DNA of 64,000 bases from the human T2T-CHM13v2.0 reference genome, Homo sapiens. Numbering within the stretch: the first letter of the stretch is position 1; each line of letters begins with the position of its first letter. The position numbers and the translations under genes were made by a program. The stretch lies in assembly GCF_009914755.1 (NCBI RefSeq), contig NC_060941.1, one strand, 5' to 3'. Below are positions 62,154-64,000 of this stretch, one piece after another. The notes beneath the pieces were generated by a model. That model saw only the letters and a program-made list of their open reading frames with translations. It searched no databases and was not told the DNA's origin.

Positions 62154-63912
62154 ATGGCTGGTCCCGTGAGCTTGCGAGACCTTCTAATGGGAGCATCAGC
62201 CTGGATGGGCTCTGAAAGTCCCGGAGGGTCCCCTACTGAGGGCGGAGGGAGCGCGGCTGGCGGACCGGAGCCTCCATGGCGGGAGGATGAGATCTGCGTT
62301 GTGGGAATCTTCGGCAAGACGGCTCTACGCCTGAATTCCGAGAAGTTCTCTCTTGTGAATACGGTGTGCGACCGACAGGTCTTTCCTCTCTTTCGCCACC
62401 AAGATCCTGGGGATCCAGGACCTGGAATCAGAACTGAGGCTGGCGCCGTGGGTGAGGCCGGTGGAGCCGAGGACCCTGGGGCTGCAGCCGGGGGTTCAGT
62501 TCGGGGAAGTGGAGCTGTCGCGGAAGGTAACCGAACTGAGGCAGGCTCCCAGGACTACAGCCTTCTGCAGGCCTACTACAGTCAGGAAAGCAAAGTTCTG
62601 TATCTTCTCCTCACCTCCATCTGTGACAATTCACAGCTTCTCCGGGCTTGTCGGGCTCTTCAGAGCGGGGAAGCTGGAGGTGGACTCTCTTTACCTCATG
62701 CAGAAGCACACGAGTTCTGGAAGCATCAAGAGAAGCTGCAGTGCCTCAGTCTCCTTTACCTATTCTCTGTCTGTCATATCTTGCTTCTGGTCCATCCCAC
62801 TTGTTCCTTTGATATCACTTATGATCGAGTATTCAGAGCCCTGGATGGGCTGAGACAGAAGGTCCTGCCGCTCCTTAAAACAGCCATTAAGGATTGTCCA
62901 GTTGGCAAAGACTGGAAGCTAAACTGCCGACCTTGCCCACCTAGACTCCTTTTCCTCTTTCAACTCAATGGAGCCCTCAAGGTAGAACCTCCTCGGAACC
63001 AAGACCCAGCTCATCCAGACAAGCCCAAGAAACATTCTCCCAAAAGGAGGCTGCAGCATGCCCTGGAGGACCAGATCTATAGAATCTTCCGGAAGAGTCG
63101 TGTCTTGACTAATCAGAGCATCAACTGCCTCTTTACTGTGCCTGCCAACCAAGCTTTCGTGTACATAGTACCGGGAAGCCAGGAGGAGGACCCAGTAGGT
63201 ATGTTGCTGGACCAACTTAGGAGTCATTGTACTGTGAAGGACCCGGAATCTTTGCTGGTGCCTGCACCCCTTTCTGGGCCTAGGCGATACCAGGTGATGA
63301 GGCAGCACAGCCGACAACAACTTTCCTTTCACATTGACAGCAGCAGTTCCAGTTCTTCAGGCCAGCTAGTGGATTTCACTCTTCGGGAATTCCTATGGCA
63401 GCATGTGGAGCTAGTTCTAAGCAAGAAAGGTTTCGATGACAGTGTGGGCAGGAACCCACAGCCTTCCCATTTTGAACTTCCTACTTATCAGAAGTGGATC
63501 TCAGCAGCTTCAAAACTGTATGAGGTGGCTATTGATGGGAAAGAAGAGGACTTGGGGTCACCCACTGGAGAGCTAACATCTAAGATTTTAAGCAGTATTA
63601 AAGTCTTGGAAGGATTTTTGGATATTGACACAAAATTCTCAGAAAACCGATGCCAAAAAGCTTTACCCATGGCCCACAGTGCCTACCAGTCAAATTTGCC
63701 TCATAATTACACAATGACTGTCCATAAGAATCAGCTTGCCCAGGCTCTTCGAGTGTACAGTCAACATGCTAGAGGTCCAGCATTTCACAAATACGCCATG
63801 CAGTTACATGAGGACTGCTACAAATTTTGGAGCAATGGCCATCAGCTCTGTGAGGAGAGGAGTTTAACTGATCAACACTGTGTGCACAAATTTCACTCAT
63901 TACCTAAATCAG
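62154..63912 (+). CDS. SMG8: SMG8 nonsense-mediated mRNA decay factor, first coding exon (586 codons plus 1 nt); the gene continues beyond the window
   Basis: The 588-aa track ORF MAGPVSLRDLLMG...CVVGIFGK...HSLPKS matches SMG8. The donor CAG|GTAGCT is at 63913, so the final S and stop of the track ORF are intronic. Confidence 0.97.
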
Positions 63913-64000
63913 GTAGCTAAAATTTGTTCAGCATTTTGAAATAAAAACTTTGAGCTGTGTTTTCATTCTTGTTTTAAGATAGTCTGTTCACTATGTATTG

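Noticed and set aside
62452-63670. Alternative-frame and antisense ORFs within SMG8 exon 1
   Set aside because: They are shadow ORFs of a long coding exon with no independent support.

Overview
This is human/primate, extremely Alu-rich DNA that I recognise from the encoded proteins as the SKA2-PRR11-SMG8 locus (human 17q22). From left to right it holds: (1) part of SKA2 intron 1 (minus strand) carrying the MIR301A hairpin; (2) two alternative SKA2 first coding exons; (3) a CpG-island bidirectional promoter with 11 CCAAT boxes; (4) the complete PRR11 gene (plus strand, one non-coding exon and nine coding exons that splice into an intact 360-aa ORF); (5) the 1.76-kb first coding exon of SMG8. 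PRR11 intron 2 contains a ~14-kb antisense block with an unprocessed Speedy/RINGO E (SPDYE) gene copy. Its splice sites are intact and it is open for 255 codons before nonsense lesions. The block also holds an LTR12 (ERV9) solo LTR and a duplicated U6 fragment, and it appears to have split a host Alu. The PRR11 3' end shows an Alu-bounded triplication of the poly(A) cassette. Most ORFs in the supplied track are Alu/LTR translation artefacts. Exon coordinates were counted by hand, and repeat boundaries and subfamily names are approximate.
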